Positions 9,211-19,240 of a stretch of 64,000 nt of DNA are shown here, one piece after another. The stretch is from the NCBI GenBank assembly GCA_902478835.1, contig CABSMU010000009.1, positions 2,214-66,213 on the forward strand. The letters run 5' to 3'. This DNA is from an uncultured Collinsella sp. Its GTDB lineage: Bacteria; Actinomycetota; Coriobacteriia; Coriobacteriales; Coriobacteriaceae. Position 1 is the stretch's first letter; each line of letters begins with the position of its first letter. Below the pieces are notes generated by a model. That model ran no database searches. It saw only the letters and a program-made list of their open reading frames with translations, and was not told the origin of the DNA. The translations under genes were made by a program, and so were the position numbers.

Positions 9211-11460
9211 TTACTTGCGCTTGCCGCCGCCGTCGCCGGGGCGACGGGAGCTGCCACCGCGCTTGCCGCCACGGCTGTTGCCGTAGCTGCCACGGTTATC
9301 GCGACCGCCGGCACGGCCGCCACGGGAGCCGGCCTGGTTGCCGCCACGACCACCACGATAGCCGCCGCGACGCTCTTCGCGGGTATCGTCGTAGTTGCGC
9401 CAGTCATCGCGACGATCACGGCTGGCACGCGGGTCACGACGATCGCGCGACTCGTTAGAACGACCAGCGCCGCCGCGGCCGCCATTGCCGCGAGCACCCT
9501 CGCGACGCTCGCCGCCGCGGCTACCGCGCTCTTCAAAGCGCTTGCCGCCACGGGACTCACCGCCACGGGCACCTCGCTCACCGCGACCCTCGCCGCCGCG
9601 ACGCTCATCACGGCCACCGCGCTCGTCATCACGACCGGAACGACGGCGGTCGCCCGCACCGCGCTTGCCACCGCGCGAACCGCGGCCCTCGTCCTCGCGC
9701 TCGACACGACGACGGCCGCCACGGTCCTCGTCCTCACGACGACGGCGGTGTGCCTCGCCCTGGAACTGCTTGGCACGACGCTCGGCACGGTTGCCGCGCG
9801 CAGGCTGCTCAGCGGCACCAGCACCGCCGCGCTCCTCGGCAGCTACCTCGCGAGCCACGCTCTCAACAGCCTCGTCCACGCGAGCCTGAACGCCCTCGCG
9901 CACGCGGGTCTTGCCGCCGCGCTTGGGACGGCTCGGACGCTCGCCGTCGCCGCGGCGCTCGTCGCGACCGCGGTTGGAACGACCGGCAACATCGCCGTAA
10001 TCGTCGCCGTTGCGCTTGCCGTCGCGACGCGCCTGCTCAAGCTTCTTCTTGCTCTTGGACTTGCCGCGCTTGGTCTTCTTCTTCACCTTAAAGGCCGCAG
10101 GGTCGCGCTCGGGATCAACCGCGGGCGGGTTGGGACCCACGTGCAGGTCGCCGGCCTCGTAGATGTCGGCGGTCTTGTCCATGAGCTTCTCGATCTCGTA
10201 GAACTCGTCGACGTCCTGCTCGGTCACAAACGTAATGGCCCAGCCCAGCTCGCCGGCACGGCCCGTACGGCCAATACGGTGGATGTAGTCGGTCGGCTCG
10301 GCCGGCACGTCAAAGTTCACGACGTAGCGCACGTCGCTAATGTCGATGCCGCGGGCGAGAACATCGGTTGCCACCAGCACGTCGACGGTGCCGTCGCGGA
10401 AGGCAGAAAGCGCGCGCTCGCGCTGGGCCTGGCTGCGGTTGCCGTGAATCGCGGCGGCCTTGATGCCCTTACGCTCCAGACGACGGCAGCAGCTGTCGGC
10501 GCGATGCTTGGTGCGCATAAAGACAATGGTGCGCTCCGGGCCCTCCTTCTTGAGAAACTCGGGCAACAGGTTATTCTTGGCCTCGATGGACACCGGGAAC
10601 ACAAACTGGTCGACGGTGTCGGCGGTCGACGTGGCGGGCGCGATCTCCACGCGGGCCGGGTCGCTCACAAGGTCGGTGATCTCGCCCACGGCCTCCTCGT
10701 CGAGCGTCGCCGAGAACAGCAGCGTCTGGCGCTCGGCCGGCGTCTCGCGCACAATACGGCGGACGGCGGGCAAAAAGCCCATGTCGAGCATGCGATCGGC
10801 CTCGTCGAGCACCAGCACCTTGACCTCGTTCAGGTGGCAGGCGCCCTGCTCGATCAGGTCGACCAGACGGCCCGGCGTGGCGACCAGGATATCGCAGCCG
10901 TACTTGAGTGCCGCGGTCTGCGGCTTGTAGCTCACGCCACCCACGACGGTCACGGCGACATGGCCGGTGACGTCGGCGATCTTGCTCGCGACCTCGTCGA
11001 TCTGCTGGGCGAGCTCGCGCGTGGGGGTGATGACGAGCATCACGGGGCCACGGCCGTTGCCCTCGGGCTTCTTGGCGCCGCGACGACGGTTGCGGCCGCC
11101 GCGCTCACGCACGGGCTTGGGCGGAGCGATGTGCTCCAGATTGTTCATGGTCGGCAGCAAAAAGGCGGCCGTCTTGCCGGTGCCGGTCTGGGCGGCGGCA
11201 AGCAGGTCGCGGCCCTCGAGCACCACGGGGATCGAGCCGGCCTGCACGGGCGTCGGCGCCGTGTAGCCCAGGCTCTCGATAGCACGAAGCATCTCGTCGG
11301 AAAGCCCCAGCTCGTCAAAGGCGGGCAGGCTCTCGGTAGCGGACTCGACGGCCTGGGCAGCATTTGCCTCGTCGGCGGCATCGAAGGCAGCCTGGGTCAT
11401 GGCCTCGCGGGTCTCGTCCAGAATCTCGGCGTCGGTGACGTCGGATACAGAATTACGCAT
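9211..11460 (-). CDS. DEAD-box ATP-dependent RNA helicase with a ~290-aa Arg/Gly/Asp/Glu-rich C-terminal tail
   Basis: AQTGTGKTAAF (motif I), VLDEADRMLDMGF (DEAD), SAT and HRIGRTGRAG. Start set at ATG 11460, which has an AAGGAA RBS; the ORF track opens at 11496. Confidence 0.9.
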   Translation of the reverse strand: MRNSVSDVTDAEILDETREAMTQAAFDAADEANAAQAVESATESLPAFDELGLSDEMLRAIESLGYTAPTPVQAGSIPVVLEGRDLLAAAQTGTGKTAAFLLPTMNNLEHIAPPKPVRERGGRNRRRGAKKPEGNGRGPVMLVITPTRELAQQIDEVASKIADVTGHVAVTVVGGVSYKPQTAALKYGCDILVATPGRLVDLIEQGACHLNEVKVLVLDEADRMLDMGFLPAVRRIVRETPAERQTLLFSATLDEEAVGEITDLVSDPARVEIAPATSTADTVDQFVFPVSIEAKNNLLPEFLKKEGPERTIVFMRTKHRADSCCRRLERKGIKAAAIHGNRSQAQRERALSAFRDGTVDVLVATDVLARGIDISDVRYVVNFDVPAEPTDYIHRIGRTGRAGELGWAITFVTEQDVDEFYEIEKLMDKTADIYEAGDLHVGPNPPAVDPERDPAAFKVKKKTKRGKSKSKKKLEQARRDGKRNGDDYGDVAGRSNRGRDERRGDGERPSRPKRGGKTRVREGVQARVDEAVESVAREVAAEERGGAGAAEQPARGNRAERRAKQFQGEAHRRRREDEDRGGRRRVEREDEGRGSRGGKRGAGDRRRSGRDDERGGRDERRGGEGRGERGARGGESRGGKRFEERGSRGGERREGARGNGGRGGAGRSNESRDRRDPRASRDRRDDWRNYDDTREERRGGYRGGRGGNQAGSRGGRAGGRDNRGSYGNSRGGKRGGSSRRPGDGGGKRK

Positions 11461-11731
11461 ATGTTGTTGTTCCTTATCTGCACGCGCTATGGGCACGGCA
11501 TGCGGCCGCGCTGGCGTGCTTGGTAGTGCGCTAATACATACAAAAACGGGTGCGCACAGAGAGGACGTTGCTCAGCACGCTGGCGATCGCTTTGGCAGCC
11601 CTATCACGCGCCGTCCAGACGCAGCAGCTCTAAGCGATGGAGCAGATTCGCCGCCGGTTAGTATACCCGCACTCCGTATGCCCCCACGTAAACCACAGAT
11701 GACGAGGCGGACGAGGTGGGCCCGGCCGATT

Positions 11732-11788
11732 ATCTCAATCTGTAACAGATGCAGGGCAAAATCGGGTCCAAATGTTACAGATCAAGAC
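11732..11788. repeat. 57-nt palindromic unit, single copy
   Basis: ATCTCAATCTGTAACA-N25-TGTTACAGATCAAGAC. Confidence 0.85.
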
Positions 11789-11966
11789 AGAGGGGGATTT
11801 CCGTCCAGTCCAAACCAAATCCCTCAGTCTTCCTGCAATTTCGAACATGTGGCCTATAATGTTGCTTTGGTTACGCTATATATTGCGCAGCCATTTAATA
11901 CGTCGCCCACCGGGGCCATTAATTCCTATCGCCATATTGGCTAGGAAGCAATCAAAGGAGGTATCC

Positions 11967-12929
11967 GTGGCAGCAGAGACGCCTTGCTCGGTCCTCTATA
12001 ACGATATTCGCTCGTTCGGCGGTCTTAAACATCTCGAGATCGCCCGAATGCTCATCAATGGAAACTCTTATCTCGGCAGCACCCTGCTCGAGAAATGCTC
12101 TTCCAACCGCTCGTATCTCACCCGTTACATCGTCCATCGCAAGCCTGACCAGTGCGCGCCCGCCATCTACAGCGACTTTACCGTCACCACGCTCAACCTT
12201 TCCGCGGCAATCTGCAGCAAGCTCGGCGGCGGCGAGTCCGCCTATCGGGCAATCGCCGAGCACTATCGCGGTCCGGCCGCCGACGAAATGATGTCGGCTC
12301 TCGCCAGCTACAAGCTGGACAGCCGCCTATATGCAAATGCCCTCAATCGCATCGACAACTTTGACGGCAATGCCGTGCGCGAAAAAAGCACGCTCTTCTT
12401 GATGCTCTTTGTGGCAACGGGGGCGCTCGCCGATCCCGTTCAGGGCGTGGCCACCGTCGAGCGCTTTTGCGACAGCAAGACGGGCGGGCACTTTGGCACC
12501 ACCGAAACTACCGTCGGACGTGGCTTTATGAGCAGCCTGGAGCAGCCGCACGCCGTCGCTCCCAACCTCGGTCTGCTCAGAACCCATGCCGATAACTGCG
12601 CCGACATGCAAATCCATCCCCTCACACGCGATCCGCGCGGCACCGTGATTGGTTCTTTGCCCAAAACCTCGCCCAGCATCACCGATGTAGGCGCCGACGC
12701 CTCGCGCGAGCATCTTCGCATTTGGCTCGAGGGTGAGCACTGGTACGCCCAGGGCCTTGGATCGACCAACGGCACAGTGCTCGAATCGGGCGCGGGCGAC
12801 GGCGATATTGTGATTGAGCCGCCGCGCGACCAACGCGAGCCCGGCAAAGTCTATCCCCCCGTGGAAATCGCCAACAGCGACAGGCTCCATCTGGGTCTCT
12901 ACACGACATTCCTTGTCATTGTGGACTAG
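11967..12929 (+). CDS. FHA-domain protein with an N-terminal domain of unknown function
   Basis: C-terminal FHA signature (GTVIGS...VGADASREHLRIWLEGEHWYAQGLGSTNGTVL...IANSDRLHLG). Start set at GTG 11967, which is preceded by AAGGAGG; the ORF track opens at 11772 inside the repeat. Confidence 0.7.
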   Translation: MAAETPCSVLYNDIRSFGGLKHLEIARMLINGNSYLGSTLLEKCSSNRSYLTRYIVHRKPDQCAPAIYSDFTVTTLNLSAAICSKLGGGESAYRAIAEHYRGPAADEMMSALASYKLDSRLYANALNRIDNFDGNAVREKSTLFLMLFVATGALADPVQGVATVERFCDSKTGGHFGTTETTVGRGFMSSLEQPHAVAPNLGLLRTHADNCADMQIHPLTRDPRGTVIGSLPKTSPSITDVGADASREHLRIWLEGEHWYAQGLGSTNGTVLESGAGDGDIVIEPPRDQREPGKVYPPVEIANSDRLHLGLYTTFLVIVD

Positions 12930-13100
12930 CACGGACAGCGATCGGAAGACGGTCGCCGTCCGTCTTGCGTCTTCTGCCTTCTGCGTCGTAAACGACAATG
13001 CTCAGCGGTATACGTGGGCAGTGCGACTATCATGGTACTTTACCGATACCCGCACTGCTCGCGTATACGTGCGGCAACCCATGCCAGACAAAGGAACGCC

Positions 13101-15214
13101 ATGGATACTACCGATAGCGCCTATGGCGACAAACTCGTCCGTCTCGATACGTTCGATACCGCCGTGGCGGTCGACCCCAGCGCCGAGGACGACGCCAAAC
13201 GCCGGTTTATGACACTTATTCTCCAGACGGCCCACCGCAACAACGGCAACATCGGGCACGTGCTGCGCGCGACCAACACGAGCGGCGAGGTCTTTGCCGT
13301 CAAGCTGCTCAAGGACAACGTCATTCTCTCTGGCCAAGCCCCCGACCGCTCCGCCGAGCAATCGGCCGCGCACCTGGCCAACACCGCTGCGCTGTTTGAG
13401 GAGTACCGTCATCTGTGTACCGTCTCGCACCTGCGCGGATTTCCGCGCGTCTATGGCTACGGATCGTGCGAGGATGACCCGCTCATCCTCATGGAGTGGG
13501 TCGAGGGCACCTCACTCAAGCAGGCGCTGCCCCTGCTTCCTCACGACGCCTCGGGCGGGCTGACCACCCAGATGGTCGCCGCCGTCGGAAACGCCGTGCT
13601 TCGTGCGCTCTTGATGACCCAAGGCCTCGTGAATCCGGTCGTCCATCGCGACCTTTCGCCTGCCAATATCATGTTCCGCACCACCAGCCGAACGCTCGAG
13701 CAGCAGATTGCCGATTGCTCCTTTGACCCCTGCCTCATCGACATGGGCTCCGCGACCATGGCTCTCGGCGACGACACGATCACCCGGTGCGCCGACATCT
13801 GGCGCTTTGCCACGCCCGCATACGCCGCGCCCGAGATGCTCACGCAGGATATCGAAGGCATCGCGGCCCTTCGCCGTTCGCCGGCAATCGACGTCTATGC
13901 GCTTTCGAGCATTCTGTACCAGCTCTACAGCGGTCGCAAACCGTTTGACTTTGAGTCGACGGACGCCGCTGCAACCGGCTCGTTCTATCTCGTAAAGACC
14001 AAGACCAAGCCGGCACCGCTCGAGCCGCGCTGCGAGGGCGATGAAGCGCTCGTCCAAATCATCATGAAGGGTCTCTCAGTCGAGCAGTGCGATCGTCCCA
14101 CCGAGCAGCAGATGCTCGAGGTGCTCTCGGCATACCTCACCGATGCCGAATCCGAGGGCCGCGAAGGCACAGGAGACGAGGCCGCGATTGATATCGATTC
14201 TGGCACGCACCTTAAGGTCGACGTCGCCGGCGAGCGCGCACGAGAGATCCTGAATCAGGCCCGTCACGATGCCATGACCCGCCGCCGCTTTATTATCGGC
14301 TGCGATAGCGCCGCCGCTTTATTATCGGCGGCGCTATCGCAGCCGTTGCGGGGCTCAGCGTTATCGGGGCGGCAACCCATGGCTTTGGCATCCCCGACTA
14401 CCTTGACGGCATCCGCGGTTCACTTGACGACTACACCTGGGATCAGCTGCAGGAGATTTCGCTCAAGATTAAGGCCGCCGAGGCCCGTAGCGAGGCACGC
14501 GAGATTGCCAAGCGCTATCATCTGCTCGATGCCGATGGGCATATCCCCTATCCGTGTACCAAGCGTGTCACGCTCACCAACGGGCTGCAGGTTGGCGCGC
14601 AGCTTGTGGGCATCCGCCACGATGAGCTTCTGGACGGGACGGGCAAGGCCGGACTAACGTTTATGTTCGATGCGGGTATTGCCGAGCGCAACGCTGCGGC
14701 TGAACCGCCGAGCGCCGGCTGGGCAGATTGCGAGCTGCGGGAATGGCTCAACGGCGACGGCCTTAAGCTGCTGCCCAACGAGTTGCGCGCACTCATTAAA
14801 GGGGTCAAGAAGGTCTCGAACAATGTGGGCACCGCCAACAGCGCATCGTGCCTGAGCGAGTTGCCCGCAACCCTTTGGCTGCCCGCCATGGTCGAGCTGT
14901 GCGGTACGCAACCGCCCGATTCGTTTACCGAGGACTATCACTACCTGGCAGACATCTACAACGGCGAGGGCAAGGAGTATCAGCTCTTCCGCGAGCTCAA
15001 GGTAAGCCCGTATTCCACGAACGAGACGATGGTCCGCCAGTGGAAGGGCAAGGACACCTGTTGGTGGGAGCGCACGGTAAGCCCCGACACATCGGAGAGC
15101 GAAGGCACGCTCTATATGAACCGCGTGGGGCACGACGGCGACGTCTTTACGTACGCAACGCCTGCGGACAGCCCCAAGAAGCGGACTTGCGTGATCCCCG
15201 GATTCTGCATCTAG
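13101..15214 (+). pseudogene. Ser/Thr protein kinase - TM helix - extracellular DUF6273-like domain, disrupted by a 29-bp insertion at about 14300..14328
   Basis: Kinase motifs AVKLL, HRDLSPANIMF, DMGSA and YAAPE are in frame 0. After TRRRFIIG the frame becomes nonsense. Deleting 29 nt restores TRRRFIIGGAIAAVAGLSVIGAATHG (TM helix) and joins it to frame 2 (ORF 14606..15214), which carries CELREWLNG...LWLPAMVEL...WWERTVSP. The restored ORF would be 694 aa. Confidence 0.75.
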
Positions 15215-15256
15215 GGAGCGGGCGTCTTGCCGTGACGGGACCCCTCCCCGGCAATT

Positions 15257-15361
15257 GTCTCGATCTGTAACAGTTAGAGGTCATTTTCCCTGCTAGATGT
15301 TACAGATTGAGATGATTGGTTGGGACGGTCCATCGGCCAACCAATCATCTCAATCTGTAAC
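15257..15361. repeat. 57-nt palindromic unit (15257..15313), inner hairpin, and a solo left arm (15347..15361)
   Basis: GTCTCGATCTGTAACA-N25-TGTTACAGATTGAGAT, then GATTGGTTGG-N13-CCAACCAATC, then ATCTCAATCTGTAAC. Confidence 0.85.
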
Positions 15362-15389
15362 GAAATCTCATATATTATTTCTGTACTGG

Positions 15390-15419
15390 ACACCCCCAGG
15401 GGGTATGGGTGTATAGTAT
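15390..15419 (+). promoter_or_regulatory. CsoR-type operator overlapping a -10-like box upstream of copA
   Basis: ACACCCCCAGGGGGTAT (15390..15406) is a GC-rich pseudo-palindrome of the TACCC-N-GGGTA type bound by CsoR repressors. TATAGT lies at 15412..15417. csoR is encoded at the end of the same operon. Confidence 0.6.
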
Positions 15420-15464
15420 CGGATGGTTAACATTTCCGACACTACGTCACAGAAAGGAGAAGCC

Positions 15465-17807
15465 ATGGCTCAAGATAAGTTCGATGTGGGCGGCATGACG
15501 TGCGCCGCATGCCAAGCGCACGTGGACCGTGCCGTGAGCAAGCTCGACGGCGTCGAGAGCGTCGCGGTCAATCTGCTCGCCGGCTCTATGCTGGTGGACT
15601 ACGACCCCGCGCAGGTCTCCCCCGACGATATCTGCACCGCCGTCGACCGCGCGGGCTACTCGGCCTCGCCCGTCGATGTGGGCACCGGCGCCGCCGGCTC
15701 AAACGGCAGTGCACAAGCCAGGTCCGGCGCCGCCCATATGGAGTCGCCTACCAAAAAGCTGGAGGCCGCCGCCTCCGCCATGCGCACCCGCCTCATCGTC
15801 TCGATCGTATTCCTCATCCCACTGTTCTACATAGGCATGGGGCACATGCTTGGCTGGCCGCTACCCGGCATTTTCACCGACCGTACCCACAGCATGACGC
15901 TCGCGCTCACCGAGCTCGTCCTGCTCATCCCCATCGTCTACGTCAACGACGCGTACTTTATCAACGGGTTTAAATCGCTCGCGCACGGCGCGCCGACCAT
16001 GGACGCTCTCATCGCCGTCGGCGCCACCGCGTCGATCGCCTGGTCGCTCTATGCCATGTTTATCATGGCCGACCAGCTGGCCACAGGTCAGGTGCACGAG
16101 GCCATGATGACGAGCATGGACAACCTGTATTTTGAGAGCGCCGGCACCATCCTGTCGCTGGTCACCGTGGGAAAATACCTCGAGACACGCAGCAAATCCA
16201 AAACCGGCGGCGCTATCGAGGCGCTCGTCGACTTGGCACCCAAGACTGCGACCGTCGTTGCCGACGACGGCACCGAAACCACCGTCGACGTCGACAGTAT
16301 CCTTCCCGGCCAGGTCCTGCGCGTACGCCCCGGAGAGTCCATCCCCGTCGATGGCGTGGTGCTCGAAGGCAGCTCGGCCGTGGACGAGAGTGCGCTCACC
16401 GGCGAGTCCATCCCCGTGGAAAAGACCGCCAGCGACACCGTCAGCGCCGCCACCGTCAACCGTACCGGTTCGTTTACCTTCCGCGCCACGCGTGTGGGCG
16501 CCGACACGTCGCTCGCCAAGATTATCCAGCTCGTCGAGGACGCCAACGCCACCAAGGCGCCCATCGCCCGCATGGCCGACAAGGTCGCCGGCGTGTTCGT
16601 GCCCGTGGTGTTCGCAATCTCTGCCGTAACTTTTGTGGCATGGATGGTTTTGACCGGAAGCGTCAACGAAGCGCTCACCTCCGCCGTCGCCGTGCTGGTG
16701 ATCAGCTGCCCGTGCGCGCTGGGTCTGGCCACACCCGTCGCCATTATGGTCGGCACCGGCAAGGGCGCCGAGATGGGCATTCTGTTCAAGAGCGCCGAGG
16801 CGCTGGAGAATCTGCGCAGCGTGGGCACCGTGGTGCTCGACAAGACTGGCACCGTCACCCGCGGCAAGCCTGCCGTGACCGATATCGTGGTAGCCACGCG
16901 CGCTGACGGCTCGCCCGCCATGAGCGAAAAGGCGCTGCTCAAGCTGGCCGCCGCGCTGGAGCGCTCGAGCGAGCACCCGCTGGCCGAGGCGATTATGGCC
17001 GAGTGCGAAGCGCGCGGAATTGTCGCGCGCATGGTCGAGGACTTTGCCGCCGTGCCCGGACGAGGCGTTACGGCACGCGAGGGGCAGAATGTCATCGCAG
17101 CCGGCAACGTGCGCCTGATGGACGAGTTGGGCGTTACCGTGCCCGCGGGTCTTGCCGAGCAGTATGCCGCCGAAGGCAAGACGCCGCTGTTCTTTGCCAA
17201 GAACGGCGAGCTTGTCGGCACCATCGCCGTGGCTGACGAGGTCAAAGAAACGAGTGCCGAGGCCATCGCCGCGCTCCGCAAGCTCGGCGTCGACGTGCGC
17301 ATGCTCACCGGCGACAACCGCGTGACGGCCGAGGCCATCGCCCGCCGCGTGGGGCTGAGCAGCGAACAGGTCATCGCCGACGTCCTCCCCGCCGACAAGG
17401 AGCGCCACGTGCGCGAACTGCAGGATGCGGGCAGCAAGGTCGCCATGGTGGGCGACGGCATCAACGACTCCCCCGCCCTGGCGCGCGCCGACGTGGGCCT
17501 TGCTATCGGCACCGGCGCCGACATCGCCAAGGAGGGCGCCGACGTGGTACTCATGCGCAGCGATCTCATGGACGTCGCCCGTGCCATCGAGCTGTCACGT
17601 GCCACAATCCGCAACATCAAGCAGGACCTGTTCTGGGCGCTGTTCTACAACGGCATCGGCATTCCGCTGGCGGCGGGCGTGTTCTTCCCGCTCACCGGGT
17701 GGCAGCTCTCGCCGATGTTTGGCGCCGCGGCCATGAGCCTGTCGAGCGTCTGCGTCGTAAGCAATGCTCTGCGCCTGAAATCCTTTAAGCCTAAAGTGGC
17801 AAAATAA
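15465..17807 (+). CDS. copA: Copper-translocating P1B-type ATPase
   Basis: N-terminal HMA domain [16 protein letters not shown] motif ([11 protein letters not shown]), DKTGTVT phosphorylation site and [10 protein letters not shown]. Start set at ATG 15465, which has an AAAGGAGA RBS. Confidence 0.9.
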   Translation: MAQDKFDVGGMTCAACQAHVDRAVSKLDGVESVAVNLLAGSMLVDYDPAQVSPDDICTAVDRAGYSASPVDVGTGAAGSNGSAQARSGAAHMESPTKKLEAAASAMRTRLIVSIVFLIPLFYIGMGHMLGWPLPGIFTDRTHSMTLALTELVLLIPIVYVNDAYFINGFKSLAHGAPTMDALIAVGATASIAWSLYAMFIMADQLATGQVHEAMMTSMDNLYFESAGTILSLVTVGKYLETRSKSKTGGAIEALVDLAPKTATVVADDGTETTVDVDSILPGQVLRVRPGESIPVDGVVLEGSSAVDESALTGESIPVEKTASDTVSAATVNRTGSFTFRATRVGADTSLAKIIQLVEDANATKAPIARMADKVAGVFVPVVFAISAVTFVAWMVLTGSVNEALTSAVAVLVISCPCALGLATPVAIMVGTGKGAEMGILFKSAEALENLRSVGTVVLDKTGTVTRGKPAVTDIVVATRADGSPAMSEKALLKLAAALERSSEHPLAEAIMAECEARGIVARMVEDFAAVPGRGVTAREGQNVIAAGNVRLMDELGVTVPAGLAEQYAAEGKTPLFFAKNGELVGTIAVADEVKETSAEAIAALRKLGVDVRMLTGDNRVTAEAIARRVGLSSEQVIADVLPADKERHVRELQDAGSKVAMVGDGINDSPALARADVGLAIGTGADIAKEGADVVLMRSDLMDVARAIELSRATIRNIKQDLFWALFYNGIGIPLAAGVFFPLTGWQLSPMFGAAAMSLSSVCVVSNALRLKSFKPKVAK

Positions 17808-17954
17808 GCTCACCATAAAGTCCATTTAGAACGGGTTTTCCAGGTGCCCGAGATTGACCTGAAAGAGGAGCGACGCGTACTTTGGTACGCGAGCGACGGC
17901 TTGAAGGTCAAGGTCGGGTGCCTGGGAAAGCCGACACAACAGAGAGGAATATCC

Positions 17955-18176
17955 ATGCGTTTCACAATTAAGACTTCCGGCCTTATGTGCGGCCACTGCG
18001 ACGCCACCGTCGAGACGGCGTTGCTCAACGTGGCCGGCGTGACCGACGCCGACGCCGATCACGAGACCCAGACCGTCCAGGTGGAGTGCGCCGACACCGT
18101 GACCGCCGAGCAGCTCGCCGCCGCCGTCGAGGGCGCCGGCGAGAAGTTCCACGCCCTGTCCGTAACCGCCGCGTAA
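17955..18176 (+). CDS. copZ: Copper chaperone, heavy-metal-associated domain
   Basis: 73-aa protein with the MCGHC metal-binding motif. Start ATG 17955 has a GAGAGGAA RBS and lies inside ORF 17844..18176. Confidence 0.8.
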   Translation: MRFTIKTSGLMCGHCDATVETALLNVAGVTDADADHETQTVQVECADTVTAEQLAAAVEGAGEKFHALSVTAA

Positions 18177-18214
18177 CGACCCACGCGCACCCCGACCAGA
18201 AACGAGGACCCGCC

Positions 18215-18487
18215 ATGATGGCAGACCATAAATCGGTGACCCGCATGCTCAAGACGGCACGCGGTCAGATCGACGGCATCCTGCGGATGGTCGAGGAGGA
18301 CCGCTACTGCGTCGATATTTCCACGCAGCTCATGGCAACGCAGGCGCTCATTGCGCGCATCAACGCCGACGTGCTCAAGGCGCATATCGAGGGCTGCGTG
18401 ACCTCGGCAATCGAATCGGGCGACGAGGACCTCAAAGCCGCCAAGCTCGCCGAGATCGAACGCGTCGTCGACAAGCTCTCCAAGTAA
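18215..18487 (+). CDS. csoR: CsoR/RcnR-family metal-sensing repressor
   Basis: 90-aa MMADHKSVTRMLKTARGQIDGILRMVEEDRYCVDISTQLMATQALI...HIEGCV, giving the C-H-C ligand pattern of CsoR. Start is ATG 18215. Confidence 0.85.
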   Translation: MMADHKSVTRMLKTARGQIDGILRMVEEDRYCVDISTQLMATQALIARINADVLKAHIEGCVTSAIESGDEDLKAAKLAEIERVVDKLSK

Positions 18488-18531
18488 TTGGGGCATTGGG
18501 GACAGACTTCTTTGCACCGTCTTGGCGTTCC

Positions 18532-18578
18532 GGGGACAGGTATGTTTGCACCACATTGGTGCAGATTAACCTGTCCCC
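18532..18578. repeat. Nested hairpin repeat (GGGGACAGGT family), second copy
   Basis: GGGGACAGGTATGTTTGCACCACATTGGTGCAGATTAACCTGTCCCC. A degenerate half copy lies at 18495..18530. Confidence 0.8.
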
Positions 18579-18633
18579 CTTGCTCTAAATCGGGTATAAA
18601 GGCGTGCAGCATATCGAACGAAAGGCAATTTGC

Positions 18634-19107
18634 ATGAATGACTTTATGAAGGGTCGCAATGGTGCTGACGAGCTCACCATCGTGATGGGTTTTGCCGGCA
18701 TCGTCATCGCGATGATCGGATCGATGGCCCGCATCCAGTGGCTCAGCTGGATCGCCATCGCCGTCATCGTGATTGGCGTGCTGCGCGGCCTGTCCAAAAA
18801 TATCGATGCACGTCGCAAGGAGAACGACGCCTTTGTCGCCGGCTCGGCTAAGGTCCCCGGCTTGGGCAAGTTCGTCGCCAGCTTGGGCGGCGGGGCCGCA
18901 GCGGCCAGCACCTCACGCGCTGCCGGAACGAGCAAGGAAGACTTTGAGCGCGCCAAGCGTACGGCCAAGAAGATGTGGAAGGGCCGCAAAACTACGGCAT
19001 ACCTCAAGTGCCCCAACTGCGGCCAGATGCTCTCCGTCCCCAAGGGCAAAGGCAAGATCCGCGTCACCTGCCCCAAGTGCCACGCCAAGATGGAAACCCG
19101 CTCCTAG
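18634..19107 (+). CDS. Hypothetical membrane protein with a C-terminal zinc ribbon
   Basis: Two predicted TM helices, then CPNCGQ...CPKCH. Start at the MNDFMKG Met is uncertain. Confidence 0.5.
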   Translation: MNDFMKGRNGADELTIVMGFAGIVIAMIGSMARIQWLSWIAIAVIVIGVLRGLSKNIDARRKENDAFVAGSAKVPGLGKFVASLGGGAAAASTSRAAGTSKEDFERAKRTAKKMWKGRKTTAYLKCPNCGQMLSVPKGKGKIRVTCPKCHAKMETRS

Positions 19108-19169
19108 CGCCCGCACGCGGGACAAATTAATCAGGTTCGTTTGTCCCAAATCTTAAGTATTTGTTCGAT

Positions 19170-19208
19170 AAAAAAGCCGAGGCCTCGTGTTGAGACCTCG
19201 GCTTTTTG
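19170..19208. terminator. Bidirectional Rho-independent terminator
   Basis: AAAAAAGCCGAGG-cctcgtgttgaga-CCTCGGCTTTTTG, between convergent genes. Confidence 0.85.
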
Positions 19209-19240
19209 TATACGGCAACGGAGCTGCACCTTTGTCACCT

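Noticed and set aside
12327-12998. 223-aa minus-strand ORF overlapping the FHA gene
   Set aside because: It is antisense to a frame carrying a clear FHA signature and a strong RBS, and its product has no recognisable features.
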